This document shows, one piece after another, positions 39,002-49,286 of a DNA stretch of 64,000 nucleotides (position 1 is the stretch's first letter; every line of letters starts with the position of its first letter). The stretch is taken from contig OY968764.1 of assembly GCA_963695335.1 (NCBI GenBank), forward strand, positions 288,001-352,000, given 5' to 3'. Source of the DNA: an uncultured bacterium. Its GTDB lineage: Bacteria > Babelota > Babeliae > Babelales > Vermiphilaceae. The notes under the pieces were generated by a model. It worked only from the letters and a program-made list of their open reading frames with translations. It did no database searches and had not been told where the DNA came from. A program made the translations under genes and the position numbers.

Positions 39002-40147
39002 TCAACTGCTGCTATGCATTAAAGATCGACCTTGTTGAAACATTCTTTGATGGTCTTCTCTTTTTATTTTATCTACCGTAGGAGCAAATGCATGTTGTTG
39101 TTGTTTAATAGTTTCAGTTTTTTTTACTTGCCCTTCGACCTGCTCTCCGTAGCCTTGGCGTGGGAGAGAGTTTGGAGAGCGAAGTAGGGTGTGTTTTTCT
39201 TCTGTGTTATTATGCTCTTTTTCTGTTGTAGTAAAATCTTCTAATGTATAGACGATTTCCATTTCTCTATTTTTGCGGATCAGTTTTATAGTTACGGTGT
39301 TGCCTGGTTTTAATGAAGTTACGTTTTTATAAATTGCAAGACGTTCTTCTGTTGTTTGCGCAGGAATATTATTAATGGAAGTAACTATGTCACCATTTTG
39401 TAACCCGATGAGCTGACCAAATGGAGATTTGGTGAGATTTCCAATTCTCAGCCCAAGACTTTTACCTTGTTGGTATGCGGTTGTTGCGTTGAGAAGATCA
39501 ATGCATTCAGTTAAGTTTTTAACATGTTCAACAAATGCTTTTGGATTAATAAGATAGGTATTTTGTCCTGTTTTTTTAACAACTGTTTCCCATTCATGAG
39601 AGAGTGAATATGCAGGATCAATTTTGGTATCTTGTTCACGCAGGTATAATACTTCTTGTTGGCCGTTGAGACGTAAGAAAATTATTTTATTTTTAAAAAT
39701 ACGTATTAACTGCGCATCTTGAATAAGATCACCAACTTTATAGGTTCCCTCTTGCATTGTTTTATTATCTTGAATCATTGCTCTGTTTTTTGAATCATTA
39801 GAACCTACAACAATAATTCCTTTCAGTGTAACCTGCAGAGGATCAAGAAATTCAGGTTCAACAATTGCAGGAATAACTATTTTTTGTTGCGCTGGAGGTT
39901 CTGGGAATGGAATGGTTGATTCAAGTTGTTTTATTCGCGGTAGCTCTTTGCTATACGTACCAAAAAGATCATCTTCATATATTTTTCTGATATTAATAGC
40001 AACTTTTGATTCTTTTCGTGGTAATGCTTGAGACGGTTCAATATCTTCGCGGTGTGGAATTTTGACACTTGATATAAAAATAAATGCAAAAGCAGCAAGG
40101 ACTAGAGAAAGCAGTCCAAGATTTATAATCCAAAAAGGATGTTTCAT
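39002..40147 (-). CDS. GspC-like protein with PDZ domain
   Basis: N-terminal TM, LKGIIV..RAMI..YKVGD, GLQNGDIVTSINN. Confidence 0.85.
   Translation of the reverse strand: MKHPFWIINLGLLSLVLAAFAFIFISSVKIPHREDIEPSQALPRKESKVAINIRKIYEDDLFGTYSKELPRIKQLESTIPFPEPPAQQKIVIPAIVEPEFLDPLQVTLKGIIVVGSNDSKNRAMIQDNKTMQEGTYKVGDLIQDAQLIRIFKNKIIFLRLNGQQEVLYLREQDTKIDPAYSLSHEWETVVKKTGQNTYLINPKAFVEHVKNLTECIDLLNATTAYQQGKSLGLRIGNLTKSPFGQLIGLQNGDIVTSINNIPAQTTEERLAIYKNVTSLKPGNTVTIKLIRKNREMEIVYTLEDFTTTEKEHNNTEEKHTLLRSPNSLPRQGYGEQVEGQVKKTETIKQQQHAFAPTVDKIKREDHQRMFQQGRSLMHSSS
39131..39189. repeat. Palindromic repeat (family B hairpin) in-frame in the GspC-like tail
   Basis: CCCTTCGACCTGCTCTCCGTAGCCTTGGCGTGGGAGAG...GCGAAGTAGGG; reads LLRSPNSLPRQGYGEQVEG. 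Confidence 0.75.
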
Positions 40148-40258
40148 TGCGCATTCCTTGCATTATTTTTTTATTTTTTCACAATAGCGTTCTTGGCTTA
40201 CCCTTGTCAAGTATACCAATAGATCTGTTTTTTAAGAAGATGAAAAAAAATATTACTT

Positions 40259-41252
40259 TTACGGCGTAGGAATGGTGTTTATTATTTTTTTAATAATATG
40301 ATCAGCAGTGACATGATCAGCTTCAGCTTCATACGTTAAATGCATTCTATGCCGCAGAGCAGGGAAACACACAGCTTTAACATCATCTGGTGTTACATAA
40401 TGCCGTTTAGCCAAAAATGCATGTGTTTTTGCTGCATTATATAACGCAAGTGTTGCACGCGGTGAAACACCATAATTAATATATGATGCAATGTCTTGTA
40501 ATCTATATTCTGCAGGTTTGCGTGTCGCAAAAACAATTGCAAGGATGTACTGTTATTATTTTTTCATCAACGTACACCGATTGCGTTAATTGTTGCGATT
40601 CAAGAATGTCATTTTTAGTTAACACTTGCATGATTGGGCTTGTGGCAACTGAACGGTTTAAAATTTCAAGTTCTTCAAATATCGTTGGATAATCAACATG
40701 AATTTTAAACAAAAAACGATCAAGTTGCGCTTCAGGCAAACGGTATGTGCCTTCTTGTTCAACAGGGTTTTGTGTTGCAAATACTAAAAATGGTGCATCA
40801 AGTTTGTACGTATGCGATCCGATAGTTACTTGTTGTTCTTGCATTGCTTCTAATAGTGCTGCTTGAACTTTTGCTGGAGCACGATTAATTTCATCAGCAA
40901 GAATTAAGTTGGCAAAAATTGGTCCTTTTTTTGTTTCAAAATCATGTGTTTTTGGATTAAAAATTAAGGTGCCAATTAAATCTGATGGTAATAAATCTGG
41001 TGTAAATTGAATTCTATTAAATGTAAGGCCCAGTGCAGATGCAGCAGCTTTGATCATGGTTGTTTTTGCAACGCCTGGAACACCTTCTAAAAGAATGTGA
41101 CCTTTGCACAAAATGGCGTTAACAATGAGATCGATGATGTGATTTTGCCCAACAATAACTTTGCCTATTTCTGTTGGTAAATCTTTAAAACGGTTACTTT
41201 CTAATTTAATTTGATCAATAATTGTTTGATTTGGAACGGTATTATGTATCAT
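40259..41252 (-). pseudogene. moxR: MoxR-family AAA+ ATPase with a +1 frameshift (or sequencing error)
   Basis: [27 protein letters not shown]-terminus (YGVSPRA...VTPDDVK...LRHR) continues in another frame after about 40553; span 994 nt = 3n+1. Confidence 0.85.
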
Positions 41253-41376
41253 GGTTTGCTCCGCGCTCGAAGATATTTAATATATTTCGACTTTAAGGAT
41301 AGCTTCTTATAAAATAGTTTTATGTATGTAGTAATAACGTTACCACGATCTTGTAATCAGTTCAACAAGGAGACTT

Positions 41377-41898
41377 ATGATTCTTTCTGGAAATGAAATT
41401 AGACGCCGTTTAGGAAAAGATCTTTCCATAGAACCGTTTAATGTATCGCAACTCGGTCCCAACAGTTATAATTTGCGTTTGCATAATGAGTTGATGATAT
41501 ATGATGAACCTCATCTTGATATGAAAAAAGAGCACCAAATTAAAACTCTCACTATTCCTGAAGAAGGACTGTTATTAGAAGCTGGGCAACTGTATTTGGG
41601 CAGAACTGTTGAATACACCAAAACTGATACATTGGTTCCCATGATTGAAGGGCGTTCATCAATTGGCAGATTAGGATTATTTATTCACGTAACTGCTGGA
41701 TTTGGTGATGTTGGTTTTAAGGGGTATTGGACGCTTGAAATATTCTGTGTACAACCAGTGCGCATTTACGCAGGCGTTGAAATATGTCAGATTTTTTATC
41801 ACACCATTGAAGGTGATTACGCAACATATAACAGTAATAAATATCAAAATAATCGCGGCATTCAGCCGAGTATGTTGTATAAAGATTTTCAAAAATAA
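41377..41898 (+). CDS. dcd: dCTP deaminase
   Basis: GRSSIGRLG, AGFGDVGFKGYWTLEI, ICQIF, KYQ. Confidence 0.93.
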   Translation: MILSGNEIRRRLGKDLSIEPFNVSQLGPNSYNLRLHNELMIYDEPHLDMKKEHQIKTLTIPEEGLLLEAGQLYLGRTVEYTKTDTLVPMIEGRSSIGRLGLFIHVTAGFGDVGFKGYWTLEIFCVQPVRIYAGVEICQIFYHTIEGDYATYNSNKYQNNRGIQPSMLYKDFQK

Positions 41899-41922
41899 TT
41901 TACACATGAATGGGGGATTTTT

Positions 41923-42852
41923 ATGAATAGCGCATCTACGATTGCTAACGGATTGTTAGCAATATCTTTTTTAATGAATGTTGTGTATGTATCTGGCATG
42001 GAGATAGAGAAACAAGAGATTATAATACCACCATTGCCATATGATTTGGCACTATCAATCATTCATGTAAATAAACCTTTGGAAGATGTTGTTAAGGCTA
42101 CATTGGCATTGCGTTCTACTTGCAGATATTTTAATGCAAATATATTGCCTGTTGAGATTGGTAAATCTTGTAAACACTATGATATTGCAGAAAAAAATAA
42201 GGTGATGGAAAAATTGTTATGTAGCATGAATGATTTTAATTATTGGAATAAACGTCAAGCAGCTTTTTTATTAACTTACGCTGGCGCGGATAATCAGGCA
42301 TGTGGTTATTATTCTTTATTATGTAGGGCAATACATCGAAAAGATAAAGAGATGCTTATTGCGTTATTTGAAAATAATACTGATCCAAATCAAAGAAGAT
42401 CGATGCATACGGAACCAGATTGGTTTCAAATTAAAGATATTGATATTGCAAAGATGTTTATTACTAAAGGCATTGATATTAATGCAGAAGGTGATAGAAG
42501 TCATCCAAATATTTTATGGTTTACCCTTTTACATAATTCTTTACCGAAATTTATACAATTTTATTTACAAAATAAGGTTGATGTGAAAAAAAGAAATGTT
42601 GATGATTGGTGTATATTGCATAAATTTGTTAGTTGTTCATGGAATTGTCTTGCCCGAGAAGATTATATAAAAATTGGTGAGTTGTTGTGCAATGCCGCTC
42701 CTGAACTGATTAATGCGAAAGATAAAAAAGGACAGACCCCCCTTGGTTTGGCCTATGAAAGATTAAATAGAAATAACATAAGCAAGAGTGAAAAGAAGAC
42801 GTTCAATGCTATTATTGTATTGCTCGAAAAGCATGGTGGCAAAAGGTCTTAG
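41923..42852 (+). CDS. Exported ankyrin-repeat-like protein with possible N-terminal F-box-like motif
   Basis: ..SG-ME; LPYDLALSII; GIDINAEG, INAKDKKGQTPL. Confidence 0.7.
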   Translation: MNSASTIANGLLAISFLMNVVYVSGMEIEKQEIIIPPLPYDLALSIIHVNKPLEDVVKATLALRSTCRYFNANILPVEIGKSCKHYDIAEKNKVMEKLLCSMNDFNYWNKRQAAFLLTYAGADNQACGYYSLLCRAIHRKDKEMLIALFENNTDPNQRRSMHTEPDWFQIKDIDIAKMFITKGIDINAEGDRSHPNILWFTLLHNSLPKFIQFYLQNKVDVKKRNVDDWCILHKFVSCSWNCLAREDYIKIGELLCNAAPELINAKDKKGQTPLGLAYERLNRNNISKSEKKTFNAIIVLLEKHGGKRS

Positions 42853-42879
42853 AAATGTTTAAAAAACAAAGGAGAGATT

Positions 42880-43248
42880 GTGATGATGAGAAAAATAATT
42901 TTGTTACCAGTAATGTTGTTGGTATCTCATGGTATTACTTTGAGTATGATGCACACAAAAAAAATAATGAAAGATGTGTCGCGTAAGCAATTGAATCGAA
43001 GAGCATTGTATACTGGATTGCAAGATGATGTAAAAGATGCTGCACATTTGAGAAATGTGAGCACACCAAGTAATTTGATGGATAAGTGGGATAAGCAACT
43101 GATACGTGAAGCTTACATAGATGCTATTTATAAAGAAGCGCAAATGCGGACTATGTGTGAAATTGCTGCTCATCCTAATTTAGATCATTTTCAAAAAAGA
43201 GCTTTACGCGATCAAGTGCCTCATGTGGTAAAAGAAAATAAAGAATAA
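42880..43248 (+). CDS. Small exported hypothetical protein
   Basis: AGGAG RBS, signal peptide. Confidence 0.6.
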   Translation: MMMRKIILLPVMLLVSHGITLSMMHTKKIMKDVSRKQLNRRALYTGLQDDVKDAAHLRNVSTPSNLMDKWDKQLIREAYIDAIYKEAQMRTMCEIAAHPNLDHFQKRALRDQVPHVVKENKE

Positions 43249-43269
43249 AATTATCATTTTTTTGATATG

Positions 43270-43305
43270 CAAAACCCGCCTCAGATAATTCTTTGGCGGG
43301 TTTTG
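43270..43305. terminator. Bidirectional terminator
   Basis: CAAAACCCGCC...GGCGGGTTTTG between convergent genes. Confidence 0.8.
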
Positions 43306-44388
43306 TTATTTTTTTGAACGAGCTATTTTTTTAGTTTTTACTTTTTTTATATCTGACCTGAGTTCTGCTTCAATATCTTCTATAGTGGGTAAGCTTTTCT
43401 CTAATTTTTTAGGTAATTTTTCTACTATTTTTGTTACATATTCAGCCACGCCGATTGGTTTTTTAACATCGCGCAGAGCATATTCTACCTTGAGTTGATT
43501 TTTGCTTTTGCATAATAAGATGCCAATAGAAGGGTTATCAGTAGACTGTTTGAGTTGATCATCAATAGCTGAAAGATAGAAGTTTAATTTACCTGCATAT
43601 TCAGGTTTAAAATCAGTAGTTTTCAGTTCCACTACGCAATAACAACGTAAATGAATATGATAGAAAAGAAGATCAAGATAATAATCATCTCCTGCAATAT
43701 CTAAATGATATTGTCTGCCAATAAATGCAAATCCTTTACCAAGTTCTAAAAGTAATTTTTGAATGTGGTTAATTAAACCTTGTTCCAATTCTAGTTCACG
43801 GTATCCGGCCGTTAAGGTTAAAAAGTCAAAATTATAGGGATCTTTAAGCGTTTCTTGAGCAAGAAAAGATTGTGGTTCAGGGAATTGTTGTTTGAAATTT
43901 GTGATTGCTTTGCCATGTCTTTTATAAGCTTTTGACTTAATCCAATCTTCCAGGGCGGCTCTACTCAAACCATGTTGAATTGTCTGTTGGGCATACCACA
44001 GGCGTCCTTCTAAATCTTTGATTTTTGTGATGATTAAAATATTGTGGCCCCATGGGATATTAACGATTGGTAGCATGTTATCGAGTCCAACAGCCTGTTG
44101 GATTCTTGGATATGCAAGATAAAAAGAGCGCATATTGAATATATTTGCTCGTGAGAAACCTTGCATGCCGGGAAAGGCATTTTGAAGATCTTTGCAGAGC
44201 TTTTCTATAATTTGTGCTCGCCAGCCTTCTTCTTCTTGTTTTTCTACAATCGCTTTGCCAATATCCCAATACAGTTGAATAAGTTCTTTGTTGACAGCAA
44301 GAGATGCTTTCAGCTGCGCTTGTTGAACTTTCTTTTTGAGTTGTTCAAGAAATGATAGATAAGGAGAGAGAGTTGTTTTTTTAATCAT
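43306..44388 (-). CDS. YhcG/DUF1016 PD-(D/E)XK nuclease-like protein
   Basis: LYWDIG, KDPYNFDFL, ELGKGFAFIGRQ, DLLFYH...VVELK, YAGKLNFY. Confidence 0.92.
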   Translation of the reverse strand: MIKKTTLSPYLSFLEQLKKKVQQAQLKASLAVNKELIQLYWDIGKAIVEKQEEEGWRAQIIEKLCKDLQNAFPGMQGFSRANIFNMRSFYLAYPRIQQAVGLDNMLPIVNIPWGHNILIITKIKDLEGRLWYAQQTIQHGLSRAALEDWIKSKAYKRHGKAITNFKQQFPEPQSFLAQETLKDPYNFDFLTLTAGYRELELEQGLINHIQKLLLELGKGFAFIGRQYHLDIAGDDYYLDLLFYHIHLRCYCVVELKTTDFKPEYAGKLNFYLSAIDDQLKQSTDNPSIGILLCKSKNQLKVEYALRDVKKPIGVAEYVTKIVEKLPKKLEKSLPTIEDIEAELRSDIKKVKTKKIARSKK

Positions 44389-44390
44389 TG

Positions 44391-45185
44391 TTATTCTTTA
44401 TCTTTAAAATAAGCAATTTCAGTTGTGATTGGCCCTTTAGTTAACCCACGAATAAATTGGTAAATATATGGATTATCTGATTCCCATATTGTCTTTGCAT
44501 CACCAAAGTATCTGATTTCGCCATCATGCAGTAGTGCAACTTTATCTGCATATTTGAATGTTTCAATATCATGAGAAATAATAACAGAGGTTATTTTGAG
44601 GCGTTTTTGCATATCAAACATAAGTTCATGAATAACGCGGGAAGTGATAGGGTCAAGGCCTGTTGTGGGTTCATCGTAGAGAATAATTTCAGGGTTAGTA
44701 ACTAATGTGCGTGCTAAACCAACGCGTTTGCGCATACCACCAGAAAGTTCTGAAGGATATTTATGTAATGTATCTTCTGGAAGTTGTACGAGTGATAATT
44801 TTTCTTTAACAATTGGCAAAACCTCTTCATATGACATTCCTTGTTCAATGAGTGTGATGCCAATGTTTTCAAAAACATCTAAAGAATCAAGAAGTGCTGC
44901 AAACTGGAATACGTAACCAAATTTTTTGTAACATTCATCAAGTTCGCTATCTTTGAGTGTTGTGATATCAAGGCCATCAACAAGTATATGGCCTTTTGTT
45001 GGTTTGATCAGGCCAATGATTTGCTTAAGTAAAACTGATTTACCTTCACCAGATCGGCCAATAATAACGGTCATGAGACCTTCTGGAATTTCAAGATTTA
45101 CTCCACGAGAAACCCAGTGATCATCAAATTTTTTATAAAGATCAACAACTTTAATTTTGGTTTTATGACCGTTTTCTTTTTTCAT
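44391..45185 (-). CDS. mlaF: MlaF-like ABC ATPase
   Basis: GRSGEGKS, LSGGMRKRVGLAR, YDEPTTGLDP. Confidence 0.88.
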   Translation of the reverse strand: MKKENGHKTKIKVVDLYKKFDDHWVSRGVNLEIPEGLMTVIIGRSGEGKSVLLKQIIGLIKPTKGHILVDGLDITTLKDSELDECYKKFGYVFQFAALLDSLDVFENIGITLIEQGMSYEEVLPIVKEKLSLVQLPEDTLHKYPSELSGGMRKRVGLARTLVTNPEIILYDEPTTGLDPITSRVIHELMFDMQKRLKITSVIISHDIETFKYADKVALLHDGEIRYFGDAKTIWESDNPYIYQFIRGLTKGPITTEIAYFKDKE

Positions 45186-45195
45186 AGGATGATCT

Positions 45196-45975
45196 TTACA
45201 TGTGCTCGATGAGTTTGGTTAAGAAGTAATTGGTGACTAATATAAGTATTGAACTGATCACAACGCTTTGTGTTGTTGCGGTACCAACACCACGCGCACC
45301 GCCTTGCGTGTACATTCCCTTGTATGTTCCAACCCATGAAAGAATTAAACCAAATACTGCAGCTTTTTTTAAACCACCTTTAATATCAGTTAGTTCAACA
45401 TAATTACGAATACTACTTTCATAATCTTCTGGGCTTAATTCTAAGACATGCACACATACTATGTAACCACCAACAATGCCAAAAAACATACAAAACAATG
45501 ATAAAAATGGCAAAATAAATGTACTTGCAATCATTCGTGGAACAACAAGATACTGGAATACATTAATGCGGAGTGTTGTTAATGCATCAACTTGTTCGGT
45601 GATGATCATAGTTCCAATTTCAGCGGTTATAGCGGATCCTGCACGCCCGGTTACCATGAGTGCTGTCAGCACTGGCCCAAGCTCACGGATAAGACCAAGT
45701 GCAACAATTGCGCCAATAAATTGTTCTCCACCAACACGTTGGAACCCAATATACGTTTGTAGGGCAAGTACCATTCCGGTGAATAAACCAGTTAATAAAA
45801 CAATGCTGAGTGATTCAACGCCGATACGATTTATTTGAACAAAAGTTTTTGAAATTTTTAATTTTGAAGTAGCAGCGGTTTTGATTGCGTGCAGAAAAAA
45901 AAGGGTAAATTCACCCGTATATGTGCATATATCTAAGGTTGATTTACCCAAAAAATTAATAAATCGAATTAACAC
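45196..45975 (-). CDS. mlaE: MlaE-like ABC permease
   Basis: RELGPVLTALMVTGRAGSAITAEIGTM..TEQVDAL. Confidence 0.92.
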   Translation of the reverse strand: MLIRFINFLGKSTLDICTYTGEFTLFFLHAIKTAATSKLKISKTFVQINRIGVESLSIVLLTGLFTGMVLALQTYIGFQRVGGEQFIGAIVALGLIRELGPVLTALMVTGRAGSAITAEIGTMIITEQVDALTTLRINVFQYLVVPRMIASTFILPFLSLFCMFFGIVGGYIVCVHVLELSPEDYESSIRNYVELTDIKGGLKKAAVFGLILSWVGTYKGMYTQGGARGVGTATTQSVVISSILILVTNYFLTKLIEHM

Positions 45976-45996
45976 ACTCGATCCTTTTTTATTTAG

Positions 45997-46061
45997 GCGC
46001 TCACCCTGAACTTGTTGAAGGGTTAAGCGCTTTAATTCTTTGACAAGCTCAGAATGAGCGC
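45997..46061. repeat. Palindromic repeat family A dimer
   Basis: 65 bp, 4 mismatches to the copy at 51501-51565. Confidence 0.9.
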
Positions 46062-46062
46062 T

Positions 46063-46380
46063 TTAATCCATATCTTCCGGCATAGAATTTTGTTGAGGCA
46101 TTTGCTGTGTGATCATTCTATTAGGAGCTAAATATTTAAATTTTTTATATTCAGATGATTTCATGAGAGATAAGAACATTGCCCCAAGTATAAAAATGGA
46201 ACCAAGAATCCAGGTGATTTTTTGGAAGATATCTTGACCTCCGCTACCACCAAAAATCATTTGCGCTCCACCGCCAAGACCACCAAATCCTAAGCTACTT
46301 TTACCTTTTTGCATGAGAATAATAATAACCAGCAAGAAGCAATTGATTAAGTATAATGTGAGTAAAAATCCGTACAACAT
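46063..46380 (-). CDS. secG: Preprotein translocase SecG
   Basis: IILMQKGK, GLGGG..IFGGSG, two TMs. Confidence 0.9.
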   Translation of the reverse strand: MLYGFLLTLYLINCFLLVIIILMQKGKSSLGFGGLGGGAQMIFGGSGGQDIFQKITWILGSIFILGAMFLSLMKSSEYKKFKYLAPNRMITQQMPQQNSMPEDMD

Positions 46381-46592
46381 TTGTTTTCCTTCTTAATTGA
46401 TCGGTTGTTATGGTGAGTATAGCATGTTTAAAATTTTTATAAAATGAGAGTAAAAGTTCACTCTGTAAACAGTTTATAGATTTAGGTGTGTAAAGTTGAT
46501 AATATGGTTGTTGTTTATTTATGCAAAAAAGAAATAAATAGCGCAAGTAAGTTTTACACAACACGTAACAAAGGGTTTTTGTGATACACAAT

Positions 46593-47441
46593 ATGAAATT
46601 TTTCATAATAGTTATATTGAGTTTTTCTGTTCCAGTTCAGGCTATGAAAAGACTGAGAGAAGCAGAAGGTAAAGATTGGGATAATAAATTAAGTTTTTGG
46701 GATGATTGTACTGCTGGAAGAGAGTATAAAATGAGTCTTAGTCAGGCATATTTTTTACCCGAAAAAGATCAGAACCGTTTTAGAATTTTCAGCGATTATT
46801 TACTTTGGGCAAAAAGAATGAATAATGATGCAGGTGTGATAAAAGATGTAACCGATCGTATTTTGCGGTATTCCAATGCGTTTATTATTTTATCGGATAA
46901 GCCATTTATAGATGCAGTTAAAAAGTTGGATATTAATGAGTCAGATGTTTTATATTTAAGTAAAGGTCAAAGACAGGGTTTGTGGTATGTATGCAATAAC
47001 CTTCATGAGGATGTTATTACGATACATCAACCAGCAGAGTTTTCACAAAAAATGGTTCAAAATATTATGAGCTTGCCTATACCAATTAAAAATAAAATTT
47101 CTGAAAAATATGGCAAGACAATACATGCTACGACAAAACACAAATTGCTTTGTGGAGCTTTGTGTTTGGATGATAAAGACAATAGATGTAAATGTATAAA
47201 AGCTATTATGTGTTGCTCAAGCCCTCTTCTTGCTGTTGTGATGGATCTGTTGGTGAAGTTTCCTCTTTTTACATCTGTGCTCTTAGGTTGTAGTACTTAT
47301 GTATACAAAGAAGATCTATATGCAGCATGTAATTCTAATCTTTCTATATTTTGTGAAACATCTGAACAGGCAGAGGAACGGCTTAGATTAGTAGAAATTC
47401 CTTTATTACAAGAAATAGAATGTGAGATTGCTGAGATATAA
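46593..47441 (+). CDS. Exported hypothetical protein with Cys-rich hydrophobic C-terminal region
   Basis: ..VQA-MKR; C-terminal Cys cluster and hydrophobic segment. Confidence 0.65.
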   Translation: MKFFIIVILSFSVPVQAMKRLREAEGKDWDNKLSFWDDCTAGREYKMSLSQAYFLPEKDQNRFRIFSDYLLWAKRMNNDAGVIKDVTDRILRYSNAFIILSDKPFIDAVKKLDINESDVLYLSKGQRQGLWYVCNNLHEDVITIHQPAEFSQKMVQNIMSLPIPIKNKISEKYGKTIHATTKHKLLCGALCLDDKDNRCKCIKAIMCCSSPLLAVVMDLLVKFPLFTSVLLGCSTYVYKEDLYAACNSNLSIFCETSEQAEERLRLVEIPLLQEIECEIAEI

Positions 47442-47479
47442 TAGAGAAGAGACTTACCATTACTGAGGAGGGTTGTGCA

Positions 47480-48538
47480 ATGAAGCTGAAAAGACTCTTT
47501 TTATATGGCTACTTGGGATGTTATTTCTTTGGTTCATTTTCTATGGAAAACAGCGCTGCTCAAAAAAAGATTGATGATGAAGTTGCGCGTGTTTGTGAAC
47601 TGATTGAGCAAAACCATTTAAACAAATATCAAGAATATTGGCCGGTTGTTAGACGCTATTATCTTTATTGTGATGCTATTTCTTTAAATAAAAATCAAGT
47701 TGCGGGTGAAATTAGTATCATAGAATACTATATGATGAATGATGACAATAAAGAGCGTGTGTTGGAAAAACTTGTAGAAAAACATTGGTACGTGGCTCTT
47801 TTGATGAATATGTCAGTAGATAAAACAATAGCAAAAATTAATAGAGTAAGAGGTTCTAAGATTGATGAGCGCTGTGATCAATGTGTAAAGACATTGTTTG
47901 AAGGCACTGATGTCAGAGTTGCAGACGGTATGATATATAATCGTGTTATTGAACATTTTTATAATGAATTAGATGGTTTTAATACATCTTTGGAGAGTAT
48001 TCCGCAGGAATTGCGGAGCATATATTTTACGGTTTTAAGAGGGGCTGATCAGATAGCATCATCTTCTTTAGCTTTATCAACTGATGGTCAATATGTGTGT
48101 GCAACTGACTATCACAATGTTGATACAATATGGAATACAACATCAGGTGAAGTTATTACAGATAAGATTGATAAGGTAGTGTGGATTCCCGCCGAAAGAG
48201 ATAAAGATTGGTGGGGATATGAACAATCAGGAGAAAAATATTCTGTTGCTGCGGGACCTTGTCATGTCACAATAAAAAATTTGCCAATATTAGATATGAT
48301 GCAACAGTCTTCTTGTCATATTGGTTGTGATACTAAAATGATAACTTTATTTAAAAAACCAGATATCGCATTATATTTTTATCAAAAGGCATTTGAGAAC
48401 AGTAAAAATAGTTTGGCAGAACTAATTGCTTTGCGTGATTCAAAACATCTTGCTGAAATGAGAGGTTTTTCCAAGGAAAATCTTAAACAATGTATTGCAA
48501 AACAAATATGTGAATTAACTGCAACAACTACACAATAA
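47480..48538 (+). CDS. Exported hypothetical protein (paralog of 49532)
   Basis: ..SFS-ME; shared FK(K/R)P...QKAF.NS...LRDS...GF...NLK C-terminus. Confidence 0.75.
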   Translation: MKLKRLFLYGYLGCYFFGSFSMENSAAQKKIDDEVARVCELIEQNHLNKYQEYWPVVRRYYLYCDAISLNKNQVAGEISIIEYYMMNDDNKERVLEKLVEKHWYVALLMNMSVDKTIAKINRVRGSKIDERCDQCVKTLFEGTDVRVADGMIYNRVIEHFYNELDGFNTSLESIPQELRSIYFTVLRGADQIASSSLALSTDGQYVCATDYHNVDTIWNTTSGEVITDKIDKVVWIPAERDKDWWGYEQSGEKYSVAAGPCHVTIKNLPILDMMQQSSCHIGCDTKMITLFKKPDIALYFYQKAFENSKNSLAELIALRDSKHLAEMRGFSKENLKQCIAKQICELTATTTQ

Positions 48539-49271
48539 TATTTTTAAACTGCTCAAATTGTGTACTTGCACCGCCTATCAAAAAACCATTGATATGCGGT
48601 GTTTTTTTTAATGAACTGATATTATTTTTATTAACGCTGCCACCATATAATAGTTGAATATCATAATCAGGCAGCTGTGTATGAACAAAATCAGAAAGCC
48701 ATGCAAAAAGAGCATTGAGCTGTTGTTGTTCGGGAATAATACCTGTTCCGATTGACCACACTGGTTCGTATGCAAACATAATTTTTTTTATTTTTTCTGT
48801 CTGTTGTTTGATGGCATTAATTATTGGAAATAGTTGCTCAGTTAAAATGTTAAACGTTTTATTGTTGATAAAATCTTGGTGCGTTTCACCAATACAGATG
48901 ATAGGAATAATATTGGTTGCGTATAAAAGGTATATTTTTTTGATGATTTGTTCTGTTGTTTCATTGTAATATGTGCGACGTTCACTATGACCAACAATGC
49001 AATGGGTTACTCCAATTTCTGCAAGAGATATAGCAGAAACTTCACCAGTATATGCTCCTGTTGCATATTCCGAGCAGTTTTGTGCACCAATCATAATATT
49101 TGTATTTTCGAGGACATTGCTCATTGTTGCAAGAGCATCAAATGAAGGGCATAGGATAATATTTGCATGAGATGTAATTTGTTGCAGCGCATCTTTATTC
49201 TGTATGCAGAAAGCGATGCTGTGATTAAAAGAGAGGTTCATTTTCCAATTTGCTACGTATGTATATTTCAT
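48528..49271 (-). CDS. tpiA: Triosephosphate isomerase
   Basis: ANWKMN, GHSERR, AYEPVWSIGTG, LYGGSV, LIGGAS. Confidence 0.95.
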   Translation of the reverse strand: MKYTYVANWKMNLSFNHSIAFCIQNKDALQQITSHANIILCPSFDALATMSNVLENTNIMIGAQNCSEYATGAYTGEVSAISLAEIGVTHCIVGHSERRTYYNETTEQIIKKIYLLYATNIIPIICIGETHQDFINNKTFNILTEQLFPIINAIKQQTEKIKKIMFAYEPVWSIGTGIIPEQQQLNALFAWLSDFVHTQLPDYDIQLLYGGSVNKNNISSLKKTPHINGFLIGGASTQFEQFKNIIV

Positions 49272-49286
49272 AATTATTTTTTTTGA

